From Octopus sinensis (Eukaryota), in NCBI RefSeq assembly GCF_006345805.1, contig NC_043015.1:3410001-3474000 (forward strand): a stretch of DNA of 64,000 nucleotides, written 5' to 3'. Below the pieces are notes generated by a model. The model worked only from the letters and a program-made list of their open reading frames with translations. It ran no database searches and was not told where the DNA came from. A program made the position numbers and the translations under genes. Shown here one piece after another: positions 12,523 through 27,102 of the stretch (positions within the stretch are counted from its first letter, which is position 1; each line of letters begins with the position of its first letter).

Positions 12523-15500
12523 ATAAACACACGTGCGCACGCACGCACGCAGCCGCACAAACAAGCACACACAAACGCACATATATACTTATCAATTTTC
12601 TTTGCTTTGTGGCAATAACAGAAATACATTGACATTCATAACACACCCGCACACAAGTGCGGGCGCATAAGTATCCCTTAAGGAAGGAATTAATATAGAA
12701 ATTGCAATATTCCTTAGTTTTGCGATCGATATAATTTTCAAAAAATCCCTAGCGGTAATACTACATTACAAACGAATATATATCGACACCTCGTTAATTT
12801 ATATTGCAACACGATTCGAAAAATATTAGAAAACTATGTCTGATACTCTAATTGCAGGTGTGATTTCTAACCTATTACGGTATAAGCGGCGTCTAGACAT
12901 CATTGTGTATGTTTCGCGCTGCTTGTTCAGGCATTCTGCACACCGTGGTTAAATGACGATGAAGTCAGACATGTGTTTCATTTATTTCAGGTGTGAAAAA
13001 TAACAATAATGAAAGGAAATGAAATGATGAGACTAAAACATTTTCTGATAATATGCCTTATCTTAACAGCGTATAATTTATATTCGTAACTAGAAAACCA
13101 CTCCTGAATCTACACGCGAGAGGATAACTCTAATACCACGTCAACCTGGGAATTATAACTAACATCACAAAGCTTTAAACTGTTGTTACTTTTCTTTTCA
13201 ATTATCCAATTCGTTTTACTTCTGAGAGATAATTCTGAGACAACAGATTCAGGGAGACTTCATTTGTGTATAGAATGACATATATTCCGTTTCTCAACGG
13301 AGTATATACATTGACATTTCCTTGTATTTAAATTCAATTGTACAGTGTTAAAGAGCCACCATTACATAAATGCTCTATCACAAGTACCGTAATATACGCG
13401 GCCCCACGAAGCAGAATATATGTAACTTACCCGTTGTTGTTCTCAGAGAAATGTTCCGAAATAAGCTAAAAGAAGAATCTGCTCGCGGGTGGTCATGAGC
13501 GATATCAATTTCTTAATTGCAATGGAGATTATGTTACAACAGTAGCCCTAAGCCATGTTGAGGGCATTGAAGGAAAAATTACAGGTTCGTGGCCCTACAT
13601 GGATATCACGTCGTGTACATCAGCAAAAACACTAGAGTCAATAGAAGTCACTAGAAGGTACAGTCTAAAGAACTACTTAAAAACGACTCCAGTCTTACTT
13701 TCAAAGATTTTCGGTAGACCAATAACTCTTACGAATAATTAACAGTACACTGTAAAGAAGACAAATTCATGAACACAGAGGAAGGGAATTCTCGAAATGC
13801 AAAAGTTAGAAAGAACACATGAAAAAAAATAAGGCTCTGGAAAAGAGTAGTGGAACAAGCAATTTGAATCGGATCTCTAACTCCTAATTCCATGAACTTA
13901 GAATAGCTTATAAAGGAATCTCAAAACACATTCTTCAGTAGTATTTATCGGATATGAAATGAGATATGCCTCCGTCTTTAGCAAAAATGAAAATAATTTT
14001 TAACTATACCCTGCTGTGATTTTGCGCTAATTCAGAAAGTTATTCTATATCACACAACCACTTAGATGCCTGCGTGCATTTTTAAAATGCTTTTTCAAAT
14101 GTCATATTATTATAAATTTAAATTAATATATCAATAAGATATTGTTTTTATATGCTAATGTATATTTTATACATTAATTATCCACTCTTCTTCTTAAAAT
14201 ATGTAGTCACCTATTTATTAGTATATCATTTTATCGTGCAAATGTTTTAGACCGTTTGACTTAATGATCATCATTGTTTTCAAACTTTGAGCTGGAAGCA
14301 TCATTGGCGAAAAAATAAACTATTTCCTCTGGCTCTTATGTTCTATTCTTAATTCCGGCAATTATGACTTTGCTTTTCATATTTTGCATCGAGAAAAATA
14401 GTACCAGTCGAACATGTGATCGATTTCCCTCTCTTCTAATCATGTTGGCCTAACGTTCGAATTTAGAAACAACGTATTTTTTGTCATCAGCGTCAACAAC
14501 TTCGTATTGGTTTGAAATTCCAGGTAAACATTCCTTTCTTAAAATAACATTGAGATATATTTTGATAATTTGCATAGACATGCCCAAAGTAAATTCATGT
14601 TATCTGATAATATATCGTCACTAGTAACACATCCTGTAAATGCAAATTTCTGAATGCTGAGAATATTTATCTTTATAGGTATTTTGTGTTCATTACTATA
14701 TTAATTTGTATTGCCAGCGCTATAATCTGTAACTACTAATGCATTAGCCGTCAATAATAAGTCAGAAAATGTATATGTAATCTGGTGACCTGTCTCTTAT
14801 CCAATAAATGTTTCACTGAATACGTGAGTTGGCATGTTCCAAAGCAGGTGCAACTTCTTGCGAAATAGATTTAACACGATTAACGTCTGGCAAGCTTACA
14901 TGTGTGTTCGCATTATACACATATTCTTGAATATATTAGAGAAATATTTGGATCGCTGTTTTCTGTTTTCCTGGCTGGTTAGATATTCAACATATCATAA
15001 GTTCAATTTATTGGTGAACAAATAACAGAGATTTCGAAGCTACCATTCCAAAGTAATATACAATCAGAACAAAGTAAATGTATGACGGAACACGTTCAGT
15101 CGCTTACAGTAAGTCACTTGCATACGAACATCTATGCCGCATGAGACCATTGAGAAGCAGAGATTGTATTACGAGTTGTGAAGCGATAATCGGTCAGAAA
15201 TTTATCACAAAGAAACTATCCAAGCAACACCAACCAAATAAATTAATTTATAGATAGGCACCAACCGGCAGCCGTCTTGTTTAAAATCCAGTTATATGGT
15301 TCAACAAATGCTATAACCATGGCAGATCGTTAGAGCGTAGAACAGAATTAATTCGTAGCGTTTATTCTGTTATTCAAATGCATATTACATCCGACGAAAT
15401 GTCTTTATGATCGATCCATGCCAGTGCAGAATTCCAATTTGACCACGGTGAAGCCTCTCCGTTTCATATTCATTTGAATTGAAGGAATTCGACAGGTGGT

Positions 15501-15894
15501 GGTGTTCAGAGAAAGTGTACATCGGCATATCATAATTCTTATGGAAAATCGTTAACTGAGTTTTTGTTGTAGAAAGATAATCGTATATAGTGCATAGGAA
15601 TAGAGGGTCTTGATAAGGCACGTATTTCTAGAGTGCATTTCTGTGTCTGGTGCGCGGACATATTTTTTTTGAAAAAACAGAGGTCGGAAGTATTGATTCT
15701 CAACCAACGCAGCCACCTGTAAGCAAATGGGAACTGAGGATGTTGGAACTTCTTTTCACAATACATCCATAAAATGATAATGACATACGTACATAAAACA
15801 CACACACACACAACACACAGACACAGACACACACACACACACACACACACACACCCACATATATATCTATATATATAAATATATGTGGGTCTTT

Positions 15895-16095
15895 TAGTAT
15901 GTGACCTCGTCTGTATCACTAGCGATTTTTTACCCTGTCTTCCCTTCTCGGGATCTCTCCTTCTCCTATGTTTCCGACGAAGAGTTCCGCTCGAAACGTC
16001 AAACCTTCCTTCTTCCCTTCTTTCCTGAGCGTGCAATAATACTTTATTTGTTCCACGTCCTTGCGTTATTGTTTTTTTGTTTTTGTTTTCTTGTT
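15895..16095 (+). mobile_element. Penelope-like element (PLE) 3' tail/pLTR-like segment
   Basis: Pyrimidine-rich non-coding segment carrying a minimal type I hammerhead motif, between (CA)n/(TA)n tracts. The PLE assignment is inferred from the known association of minimal HHRs with PLE pLTRs. Confidence 0.5.
15970..16004 (+). ncRNA. Minimal type I hammerhead ribozyme motif (U4C variant)
   Basis: GTTT CCGACGA A GAG ttccg CTC GAAAC GTC AAAC. Helix I is GTTT/AAAC, helix II is GAG/CTC, helix III is the palindrome ACGT, and the GUC site is at 15998-16000. Confidence 0.7.
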
Positions 16096-16106
16096 TGGAT
16101 TATCTT

Positions 16107-16139
<33 letters not shown>

Positions 16140-18394
16140 GTATATACATACATATATACATATATATACGCACACTTTAGATTATGGGTTTTTGTATATT
16201 TATTTATCCTCCACCAAAACAAGCATTTGCCTCCGTTGTCACGAGTAATAACTATTTGGATTAATTCTCTGGTAATACAAAAACCTGGCAACCATGTGAC
16301 CGAGTAGATGACATTCATTGCTATTGACGATGACCGTGCTGTTTAAAAGTATCTCTCTGATGATTATTATCTCTTATATCATAGAAATATGGTAGTGATC
16401 TAATGTAATTCAATGTCGGTTAACATGTTCCACTAATTGTAGGCGGAAATTTAGGAATTATTTGAAATTTGTATATTTGTATCAATTTAACTAATTCGTC
16501 AGATGCCTTACTTCAGTGATAGTTTACCAATATATAAATGTAGTACATAGGAATTCAATATAAATTATTTATTTGCATTTCACAAATAAAGTTCAAACTA
16601 AAAGAAGAAACCGTAATATATTATATGTTAAAGGTAGATAACGGAGTGGAAAATAAGACGGTATTATTACAATGCACTGATGAATATGATAACATTACTG
16701 GTCTGTAGTCACATAATACGTGCGCCTGTGTACGTGAGATTGTGTATTTCTAATTCATTTCGAATCCATTTACGGTTAATTCCCATATAGAGTAATATAT
16801 TCCGTAGTCTGATAAGAGTTTACCACTGCATGTAACATTTTTGACTTAAGTATAAATTTCTATAATGTCGATACATATTGAATAGCTTAATTACGATATT
16901 CGAGGATAGAAGGATAATACCTTTAGATGCAGCGATTGATATATGTACTGTCAGTGTCTCTTAGTATAAAAACAGTAGTATTGCGCATGGCTCAATGATT
17001 AAAATTGTTTAGTTGTTAACTTTAGTAAAAGTAATTCAAAGTGTTCGCACGGTAGATTCTACAATAGATTTCAGATACCGAATATGTAATTCCTTGAGTT
17101 GAGATAATCGTCAGTTATTAGTAGATTCACACTGCAATGACACAACGAAAGGTCACGTAACTGCAACATTTTCAGTCGAAACATCATTATGCAATTATAT
17201 CCTAATTAAAGTAGCACATATTAATAATTATTTCTGTTGGAGTTTGTTGCAAACTTTTTGAACTTCACTGTTTACTGTTAGAAAAATCGTCCCCTCTCTG
17301 TATATATTCCAAGTGATTATTATATTATTGTGCTATGTAATTAAACTCACATTAATATGGCTACCATTTCCGTACGCCACGGTCTTATTACTATGTTATA
17401 TGTATTCAAGCGGATTTATAGAGATCAATAGGAAGAAGTACTTCTATCTTTAGATTATAAGTGCATTTCTCAGGTCAGAACATATTTCCTTTCACGAATT
17501 AATAATCCTGTCGTATAATCCGTAGTAGTATGACACTATTCAGTAGCAACATCAGATTCCAGCTACAACGTATCATGCGAGATACTTAATAGCAAAAGAC
17601 ATTATTAACCTAAGAAATACTGAAATAGCTAGATTTCAAGCGAACTATTCGTGATAATATTCAGCAATTCTTTCAATCATATCTTCCAGTCTTAAAATGC
17701 TTAATGTGCACTAGATTATATTCTCCTCTCTGTGGTACACTGTATTTTAATAAAGCATAGAACTCGTATTGATATATTCCCTTTAAACAGTATCTTTAGT
17801 AAGCCTAGGTCAAAAAACAAAAATCAGGGTAACATTATTGATCAGGTAAATAAGGTAACCTTTCCGTTTTAGCTCTGTTTATTGAAATGGCAATTACCAC
17901 TTAAAAGTTTTTAACATCTTACAGTTATAATTCACAGAGTGTGATATACAAATTGATATACTTTGGAAAATAACACGCAACGGTCACAATTGTGATAGTT
18001 TCATCAATAATTTAAGTGGTTAAAAATAAACATTCGTCAAAACCCTCTTAATAAGATCAATGGTAAGTACCACAGTATGAAGCAAATGTAAATGGTGTTT
18101 TTCATCGTGATGCTTCATAGATCTGAACGACAAATACTATGATATAATCTCTCTCTCTCTTTCTCTCTCTATCCCTCCCTGTCTCTCGCTCTTTCTCTAT
18201 GTTGTTTTTTTTTGCAGTTCTTGTTCTATACAGAAATACATAGAAATACACATAACTATTTGTACATACAAATCAGACACCGTAAATACATACATATTAC
18301 TTTTACTCTTTTACAGTTTTAATTGTTTCAGCAATTTGATTGCAGCCACAATGGAGCATCGCATTTTTGTCGAATAATTTCAGCGCCTAACTAA

Positions 18395-18866
<472 letters not shown>

Positions 18867-19154
18867 GGTTATACATACATACATACATACCTGCAAACAT
18901 ACACGCAAACATGTGTGTGTATGTGTGTGTGTGTGTGTGTGTGAATGCATGTAGCCGAGTTGTTAATGGATTAGGCTCATGATAGATTTTAGTTCCGATT
19001 CCTGCATTCGTCAAGGCACTGCCTTCTTGTGAAAACACTTCACTTGAATACAGTCTAGTCCACAAACTGTCAATATTTAATAATTCTGCGAATATACGAG
19101 AGTAGCAGCCTTGGGAAGGGGCTTTATCTCCCTCCCCTCCCCCATCTCTTTGCA

Positions 19155-19206
<52 letters not shown>

Positions 19207-21047
19207 AATGTATGTATATATTGGAGGAAAATTAAAACGAAGGCAAAACAAATATCTGAAGACATTTACAATGTTTGGGATTAGGGTAAGTTGAATTTGA
19301 AGTCTTACATCCGTTTTGTGAAAGAGCCATGTGGTTGGTTAGCAAGTCTCTGTACTGGGAATTCAGTCATCCGAGGTTGGAATATTATAGACGGGGATAA
19401 ATTAACACTTGACAAGGAATAAAATTCACAGTTTATAAGGAACAAAATAGAATAACAAAGAGCAAAGGTAGTTGGAAGGATACAGGCAGTAGAATAATGT
19501 TCACAACTATTTATTCATATCTCATGTAATGACAAGTTTGAATTAAAACAAAAATCGTACACATTATTTAGCGATATTCGTTTTTGTAATATACGGATTC
19601 GTTGTTTGCAATATAATTGTTACAGCCAGTTCGAACTTTTAGGACACGATTTGAATAGACTTCCAATTAGGTTTTAAAACAAAGAAGAACAGACATAATA
19701 GAGAGCACTCGCATAAGGATACTGGTATGTGGTTCAAAATTAACAATGAAAACGAGATGCACAATTTAATTTATATAACATTCAATATGGAAATCCGTAG
19801 TGGAGATTTATGATCCCAACTTCATTTGTATCGAAAAGGGTTTTAATAGTCATAATATATGGGAATATTGAACTCTTCTGATAATAGTTAAACTATTTGC
19901 CGAGTGTCAGTCTTATAATATACAACACATTCTTTGTTCTTAAACCGTTCACCTATTAACTATTGGTACATTCCGGATGATATTTATAAGTAAATGTAGC
20001 TGTGTGCTATAACAATCAATTGCCAGTATACGTGCATCAGTGTGTACAGGTCGCCACATATATAAAGAAAAAATCGTATATGAAATTCTACGTGATATAC
20101 ATATATATTCCTCTACTATATTCCAGTATTGTATTACGGTTATATATTACATCAATTCATTATATGAGAGTTTCATTATATATATTTTATATAACTATGT
20201 ATTTTATTTTGAAACTAGAAGAGCTACATTTTTCAGGATAAGATACCAGTAAGGTGCCATATGTTTATGCATTCGACTTGAGGTGAAATTAACGACAAAG
20301 GAACGAATATTGGCTGACATTGAAATAAATATATTCAGATAATTAATTATGCATTTACCATACGGCTATTCTTTTCATAGCTATTGTAGATACTATATAA
20401 TCATGCTGGTTCGTTCATAATGAATCATAAATCGATATAGGCGTTACTCTTTTAGATAATGCTAGTGTTTATAAGTCCCCTTGGCAAAATGCGTTAAGAT
20501 TGTGAGTATGTATATATCAGGGACTACATTGTGCACCTATTTGCATTGTGGTACTTTGCTTGTAGGTGAAACGGTGTTCTTCTGCTATTTCTAGAAACTC
20601 GAACGAAAATTTAATAATTACCTTTTCCTTTGAATTGCAGGGGTGTATTAGCGGTTATTCATGAAAAGGAAATTTTATAATTCATTGTGTAACTTTCCAT
20701 GTAATTAAAGTTATATCAATTATTAAACTTATCCTGCATTGATGTACAATGAAATATTCCCGATTAAATTTAAGATATGCTAGCAAATAGGAAATGTAAT
20801 TAAGAGTTCTTGAATATGAAGGGGTGTAAAACAGAAATTTACAAGATTTATACATAATAGATTATCACATATTGCGAAGCATTAACTATTTTATATAATA
20901 TATAGTATAAGAAAATGAACGATCCGTAATTATAATTCAGTATTTGATTAAGAATTAGCAGGATAAATATAAATGCATTTGAGGCCACGACTGGATAGAT
21001 ACTGGTTAGTTTGACATTATGGAAATGACAGACATGGCATATGCATA

Positions 21048-21445
21048 TCTTTATATATAAAAGTGATGTTGTGTGTCTGTCTCCTACGATTTAGATTCCT
21101 AACTACTCCTACATTTTGCGGTGCAGTTTAACCAAAACCGGGTATCTTATATTCGTGATTCATATCAAGCCCTTCTGGGTATTAGTGCGCGTCTACGTTG
21201 AGTCTACGATTAAAAAAAAAAATTGCCATAATTTTTCTCCATTTTAATGCATTTTTCGATATTATATAAGGGAAGTAACTCTCTAAAAATGTCTACGATG
21301 AGTCAACGATTTTAAAAAAAAAATACCATCATTTTTTTTCCCATTTTCAATGCTCTTTTTTTCTATTTTTTGGCTATAACTCTCTAAAAATGCTTATATA
21401 GTTATTTCCCTTACAAACCCGAGCAACGCCGGGCGATACTGCTAG
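21048..21445 (+). mobile_element. Non-autonomous Helitron
   Basis: A^TC 5' end (21048), subterminal hairpin CCCG-agcaacgc-CGGG, CTAG^T 3' end (21442-21445). Homologous to 60992-61288. Confidence 0.85.
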
Positions 21446-22146
21446 TCTAGTATAATACATATTTGTATGTAATGCATGAATGACAGCTTTTTTTTTCCAC
21501 TGAATGCAAATAACAAGTGTCTGGTTTCCAGTACTCAGACCAGTATTCATTGAATAGCATGCAGAGAGGTACAATATTTCTCCGAGTCAAGCTCTATTAA
21601 TTTAATTATAGCGTCGAACTATGTCCAGATTTGATCCTTCAAATATTGATAGCATTTAGCCGACCAGAATCTGCAGTGTGTCCACCAAAAGAAAAAGAAA
21701 ATAATTTCAATTGCATTGGACATTCTATTAGGAGAGTATAGTTATTCGACAGCATATTTGCGTCCACCACAATTTATGCTATGTTGTACAAAATACTGCA
21801 TAGAGAATATGATACTCATTGCTGTAATAACTACCGATAAAATTATAACTATACATTGGAGAGTAATATGTACAGCATTAACATGATTTGAATCACAATA
21901 ATTATTCGGGAAATACATTGCGGCTACTAACATTAATGGTGTGTGCATTGTGAAATGAATGCAATTTATTTAACAATTAATGAAATATAGTCATCGTCAC
22001 AGTTACATTACGATAATAGTAAATGAACTGTTAGAGTATAATGTGTTGCCACCGATTAAAACTACGTCTCTGTTTTAGTTAAAACACTTAATCATTGAAT
22101 TCTTTCCATTTTACACACACATAAAAGTGCATGAGATATTGAACAT

Positions 22147-22300
22147 GGCAGAGGCGTGGATGTCTGGTAAGAAGCTTGTTTTCCAACAACATAGATCCGG
22201 GCTCAACCCAGTGCATGGAATCTTGGGCAAGTGTCTTCTAGTATAGGGTCGGGGCAACAAAGTATTTAGAGTGGGTTTGGTAAAGAGAAACTAAAATACT
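22147..22300 (+). mobile_element. SINE family B head
   Basis: Diverged match to 29108-29272; runs into (CATA)n. Confidence 0.7.
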
Positions 22301-22387
22301 GCAAACATACATACATTCATACATACAAATATACAGACATGCATACATACATATATACACATATATATACATGCATACATATATATA

Positions 22388-22418
<31 letters not shown>

Positions 22419-22610
22419 CCATACATATATATACATACATGCATACATACATATACATACATACACACATATACATACATACATATATACATACATATAT
22501 GCATACATGCATACATACATATATACATACATACATACATGCATACATACATACATGCATACATACATACACACATACATACATGCATACGTACACACAT
22601 ACATACATAC
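22300..22610. repeat. (CATA)n/(TA)n microsatellite
   Basis: Seen directly; explains six overlapping ORFs. Confidence 0.95.
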
Positions 22611-22614
22611 TTGA

Positions 22615-24830
22615 GTGGTCTCCATTTGCCACAACGTGTGTTCTATTTTCCAGGAATTACTCAACATTTGCCAATTTCGGAAGTAAGCTATTATTGTCGA
22701 ATCTGTCGAACGCATCGCTCAAGTCATAAGATCTCGAACCTGTTCCCAAGGATTTAAGTATATCATCGATGTGTGTAAGAGTTGTGATAGACAGCCCTTG
22801 CTACAACGAACGGTATGCCCGTTTGCATTTTGGAGATTGTGAATCTAGAGGAAGCCAGCGATCCTTGATCTCAACACTCTTTCAAACACTTTATTGATAT
22901 GGGAGGTGAGTGAGATCGGCTGATAGAGGGTTGCGATGGATCTGTTAACCTCCCTGAAAACGGGATGACTGGCTTGCATAAGAGCTATTTCAGTATATAA
23001 CCTGGATCTAAAAATTTCTCCAGTTGGTTCTTACATTCCTTCCGGGGGCTAGCGGGAAATCTGTCAGGGCCTACAACAAAATAGCATTCGAACTCATTTA
23101 TTGCTGCTATGATGTGAATGTTATGTCCGAAATTTTATGTTGGGAATCAACTTCGTTCGCTTCTCTTACGTCAATATCAGTGGGATCATTAAAGACAAAG
23201 CAATATCGATTCTGCAGTAATTCTGTCATTTCTTTCACATCGTGTTGGGCAATGCTGTTATCATCGATCAATGGACCAATGGGTTAGACAGTGGTTCTAT
23301 GCATATTTGCATATGAATAAAACACTTTTGGGTGGTTTGACATTTTTGATTACCCACTGTTCCTCTGCAGCTCTTTGATTTTCAATGGAGGTATTCATGT
23401 CGGTCTGCAGATGAGGTTTTTCCAACTGCAGCCTTTTCATTGTCGTTGACGACAGTTGATGTTGTATGCAGGAGTATTTTAATTGGTTGTTTTTTTAAAG
23501 TTTTTTTCATGCGCCTGATCAGTGTTCTTTTCTTTCTAGGGAACCGGTTTCTGTTTGTGGTATTGAATTTCGTAGGAGCGTGTTTTGAGCACGTGTTGAT
23601 GACAATGTTCTCAAAGTGCAGCCATGCGGTCCCACTGTGAGTGGAACAGAGAGTAACAGACCAATCGATGAAAGACAGACTCCTTCTGATTGCTCCACGT
23701 TCCGCTTTGTGGAGATTTATGTCGTCAAATAAGTGCAATGGAGTGGGGTTGCCTTGTTTAGTTTTGATATGCCGGAAATTAAAGTTGCAGAGTATCATGT
23801 GGTGTGAGAGGATATTTTTTCCAACAGAAATAATGTATACGGAGCTAGAGTGTTTGGTTAATATTAGATCTAAATGTGTTTTATTCTGTGCTGTTGGTTC
23901 GAGCACTAGCTGACTGAAGAAAAAATTATCCATTAGATTATAGAGTAATTCTGCTATGCTTTGTCTGGTGTAGAGCATTTGCCTAACTTCAGAGTATTTA
24001 TGGGCCAGGTTAAAATCGCCCATCACTAGTTCCCGGAGTTGTATTTTTCAAGGAAGGATTTGATTTTATTAAGGCATTCTTCAACGCAATTTCGGGGTGC
24101 TTGGGGAGGCCTATAAAGACCAACAATGATTATGTCGTTGGCCTTCTTGAATAGTGATATGGATTCACATAGCGATTGGTAAATATGTCCTTGGCATCAA
24201 GTGAAGAGGAATCACGCAGTAAGATCGCCGTTCCCCTTTTATTTAGGTCTGTGCGATCTATACGGCTGATGGTGAAATTTTAAAATTTCACTTCGGCATC
24301 CATATGAGTGTTGTTTAAGTGAGTTTCAGTAAGGATAAAGAACGAGATTCTATGTGCCGTTTCGGCAAGCAAACTCTCTATGTGTGTGGCCTTTCATTTT
24401 GGGGCAGTGGATGATGGGTTGATGCCACGTACATTTAACAAGAATGTCGAGGCAGAGGTATGGTAGCGTTTCCAAACAAGGTAATTCCAATGTAGTAGCA
24501 GTAGCAGGCTGTTGTTGCGATAGTAATTTCTGGCTGGCCACGGTAGTGTTGGGCGCAATTAGGTCAGATAGCAATATCAATGAAGATGGTGTTTGTTGCT
24601 GGCTAACAGATAGATCAAGTGACCCCTGACCTGTTAGCTTCGGGTCAGGTGGTGCACTACATCCATTCACAAGTATGGCTTCTAGCGTTATCATGTGCGT
24701 GTGTAAAGTATGGAACGGTCTTGTGATTCCAATTACTTTATTTTCCGATCTGTTTCTGATATCTGTAAAAGGACTGTAACGATAATTTTCCGTCGATTTT
24801 ACCGTAGACATCAGATTTTACACTGTCTTT
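22615..24830 (-). mobile_element. CR1/L2-group LINE remnant (APE endonuclease + N-terminal half of RT)
   Basis: Minus-strand motifs FILTETHLN, MGDFNL and THLDLILT (APE), then YQPISLTSHINKVFERVLR and LTHIDDILKSL...DAFDRFD (RT). Frameshifts and stops present; 24350-24811 may be ORF1-derived. Confidence 0.85.
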
Positions 24831-25319
24831 AGGGTGAGTATACTAAGCGTTTATCAGTGCACTGATTTCGTTTTCTACCCAGAAGCGTTTTAAAATAATA
24901 TTGGTTATATTCGGTGAATAGCACAGAATTAGATACTATAAATCAGTTAGTTATTTCTGACTTGATCTATAAATGTGAAAGCGCCGTAGGAAAGTTTATG
25001 GCGATATATCTGGAAATGTGTGGCTATATCTGCGTGTGTGTGAGAGAGTTCCGTGTATTTAATACAAATCGGAATGAGAATGAGCAATGTGTTTAGTACA
25101 ACTCAAGAGATTCTTTTTTGTTTTTGGGGACACTGTTGGTTTATATATAAATTTATGTAAATTTATTCTCCGATTACATTAAATGTGTAGAATAGTAGAA
25201 TTCGAGGTTCTGGGACTAAGAACAAGGTAAGTTATTCCTGGCTTCAGTTGAAAACTGTTTCTTTGGTTACTCACTGGCCAGAGGTATGACAAATATATCT
25301 TGTCACGACTATGAGTGTG

Positions 25320-25409
<90 letters not shown>

Positions 25410-27102
25410 GTATGTATATATGTATATGCATATATACATATATAGATAGATATGTTTATATATATATGTATGCATATATATATATATATATACACACATG
25501 TAAGTATATATATATATTTGTCTCTCCATGTCCTCCACCTGCGCGTGACGAGCAGTTTGGGTGATTGTACTTCTCCCTAGTTTAGCACTACGCTGAAGTG
25601 CACAATATAAATATCAGGCTTTGAAGATGTTTCGTCGTCGATGCTTTCGACTGAAAATTCTTTAAGATGGAACCCGAACATAGACACGTTAAAATGACTG
25701 AAGAAACTAATAGAATATACATACCTGCATATCAATTCACACACGCTCACGGAGGCACATTCTATAGAAGGAAATGCAACGGTCATCTACGGTTATTCGC
25801 TACTTGATCAGATGATATATTAGAATGTCTCCTGCTACTCGATATACATCATGAATTCCATAGTCTCTGAGTATATATGATAGAATATGGAACGAAACTT
25901 ATTCTGTATTTAAAAACGCTATAATTGTGTCACCACATTTTTACATTTTACTACATTAGTGAGGTTTTGTTTAATGATTATCATATATCCAGAGAGTAAA
26001 ATGCACCTCTTCGTGTCATTCTTTAAATGCATCATTCGTTATATTCTGCCGTAATTTTACTCAGACTGATAAAGTAAACACAGCGCAATAAATTCCTTTT
26101 CAACAGCTCACAGATAAACTAGAGACACGCATATTGTGACAGAAAAAATGCATTTACAATCCAAATGCAAAATGATTAAATATGGAAGGGAAGATATTTC
26201 TAAACTGACTAAAAACAAAACCTCAAGGATAATTAAGTAATCCCTTAGAAATAATACAGTAATAAATTGATGCAGACTGAGCATTTTATTACTTATCACA
26301 TATTCCCTTTTTTAATGGGTGTCTATAACTATATTATCTCTGGACAAAACAATCTACGCCAATATAGACATAGCAGCGGGTGTGTATACTTATTACGTTA
26401 TATTTTTTATAATTATATCAAAAAAGCATGCGGAATTAAGAATTACAAATTACCATTACATAAATGTTCCTTTAAATATAGAAAGAAGCCGGTTATTTTA
26501 TTCAGAGTGAGGTAAGGTATTTCAGATCCTTAAAACAAAAACAAAAACAAATTAAACTTTGACTGTCACCGTATCTATGCGTTACGATTTGACACTAAAC
26601 ATTAGGTAAAGCACATCATATTGCGTTTTATTATCCCTCTATCTGAAATGACTAGAGGATATAGCAAAAACTTGATTTAAACACTGACTTGAGGAGGCAC
26701 ATTAAAAACATTAGACGTATGAAAATGATTACAGACCACTTCCCTAATGTAGTAATTATGTCAAATATTTCGAATCAATTGTGTTGATTTATAAGAAAGA
26801 ATGTTGTTGATTGCATTTTCTACCATATATCTACATACACACGCACGCACACATAGAAACATAGGTAAATGAGCTTGGGGTGTGGCTCAACGTCGTTACG
26901 CACAAATTAATGAATACGTATATTTACGACGAATATGATTCCGTTGTAAAGATAAATATAATGTAATAATTGGATGGCTAGTTGTGGATATGATACATAT
27001 AATATTTCATAGCTGAATAGAGCTTAATTTTATGCAGCTAAATAATTTGAACAACCTAGTAATATATCTATAAAAACTTGTTTATAGAAAATAGTATCAA
27101 CA

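Noticed and set aside
13470-13742. ATG-less 90-codon open frame (NLLAGGHERYQFLNC...)
   Set aside because: No recognisable family, and the nearby acceptor at 13446 leads into stops in all three frames.
14250-14700. Protein-like fragments on the minus strand (YEVVDADDKKYVVSKFER; CYFKKGMFTWNF)
   Set aside because: Short, broken by stops and not assignable to any family I recognise.
21742-21948. Hydrophobic minus ORF (..IVIILSVVITAMSIIF..) resembling a Cys-loop receptor TM3
   Set aside because: Resemblance is limited to LSVVIT, in-frame stops lie just upstream, no convincing splice acceptor was found, and hydrophobic ORFs are common in AT-rich DNA.
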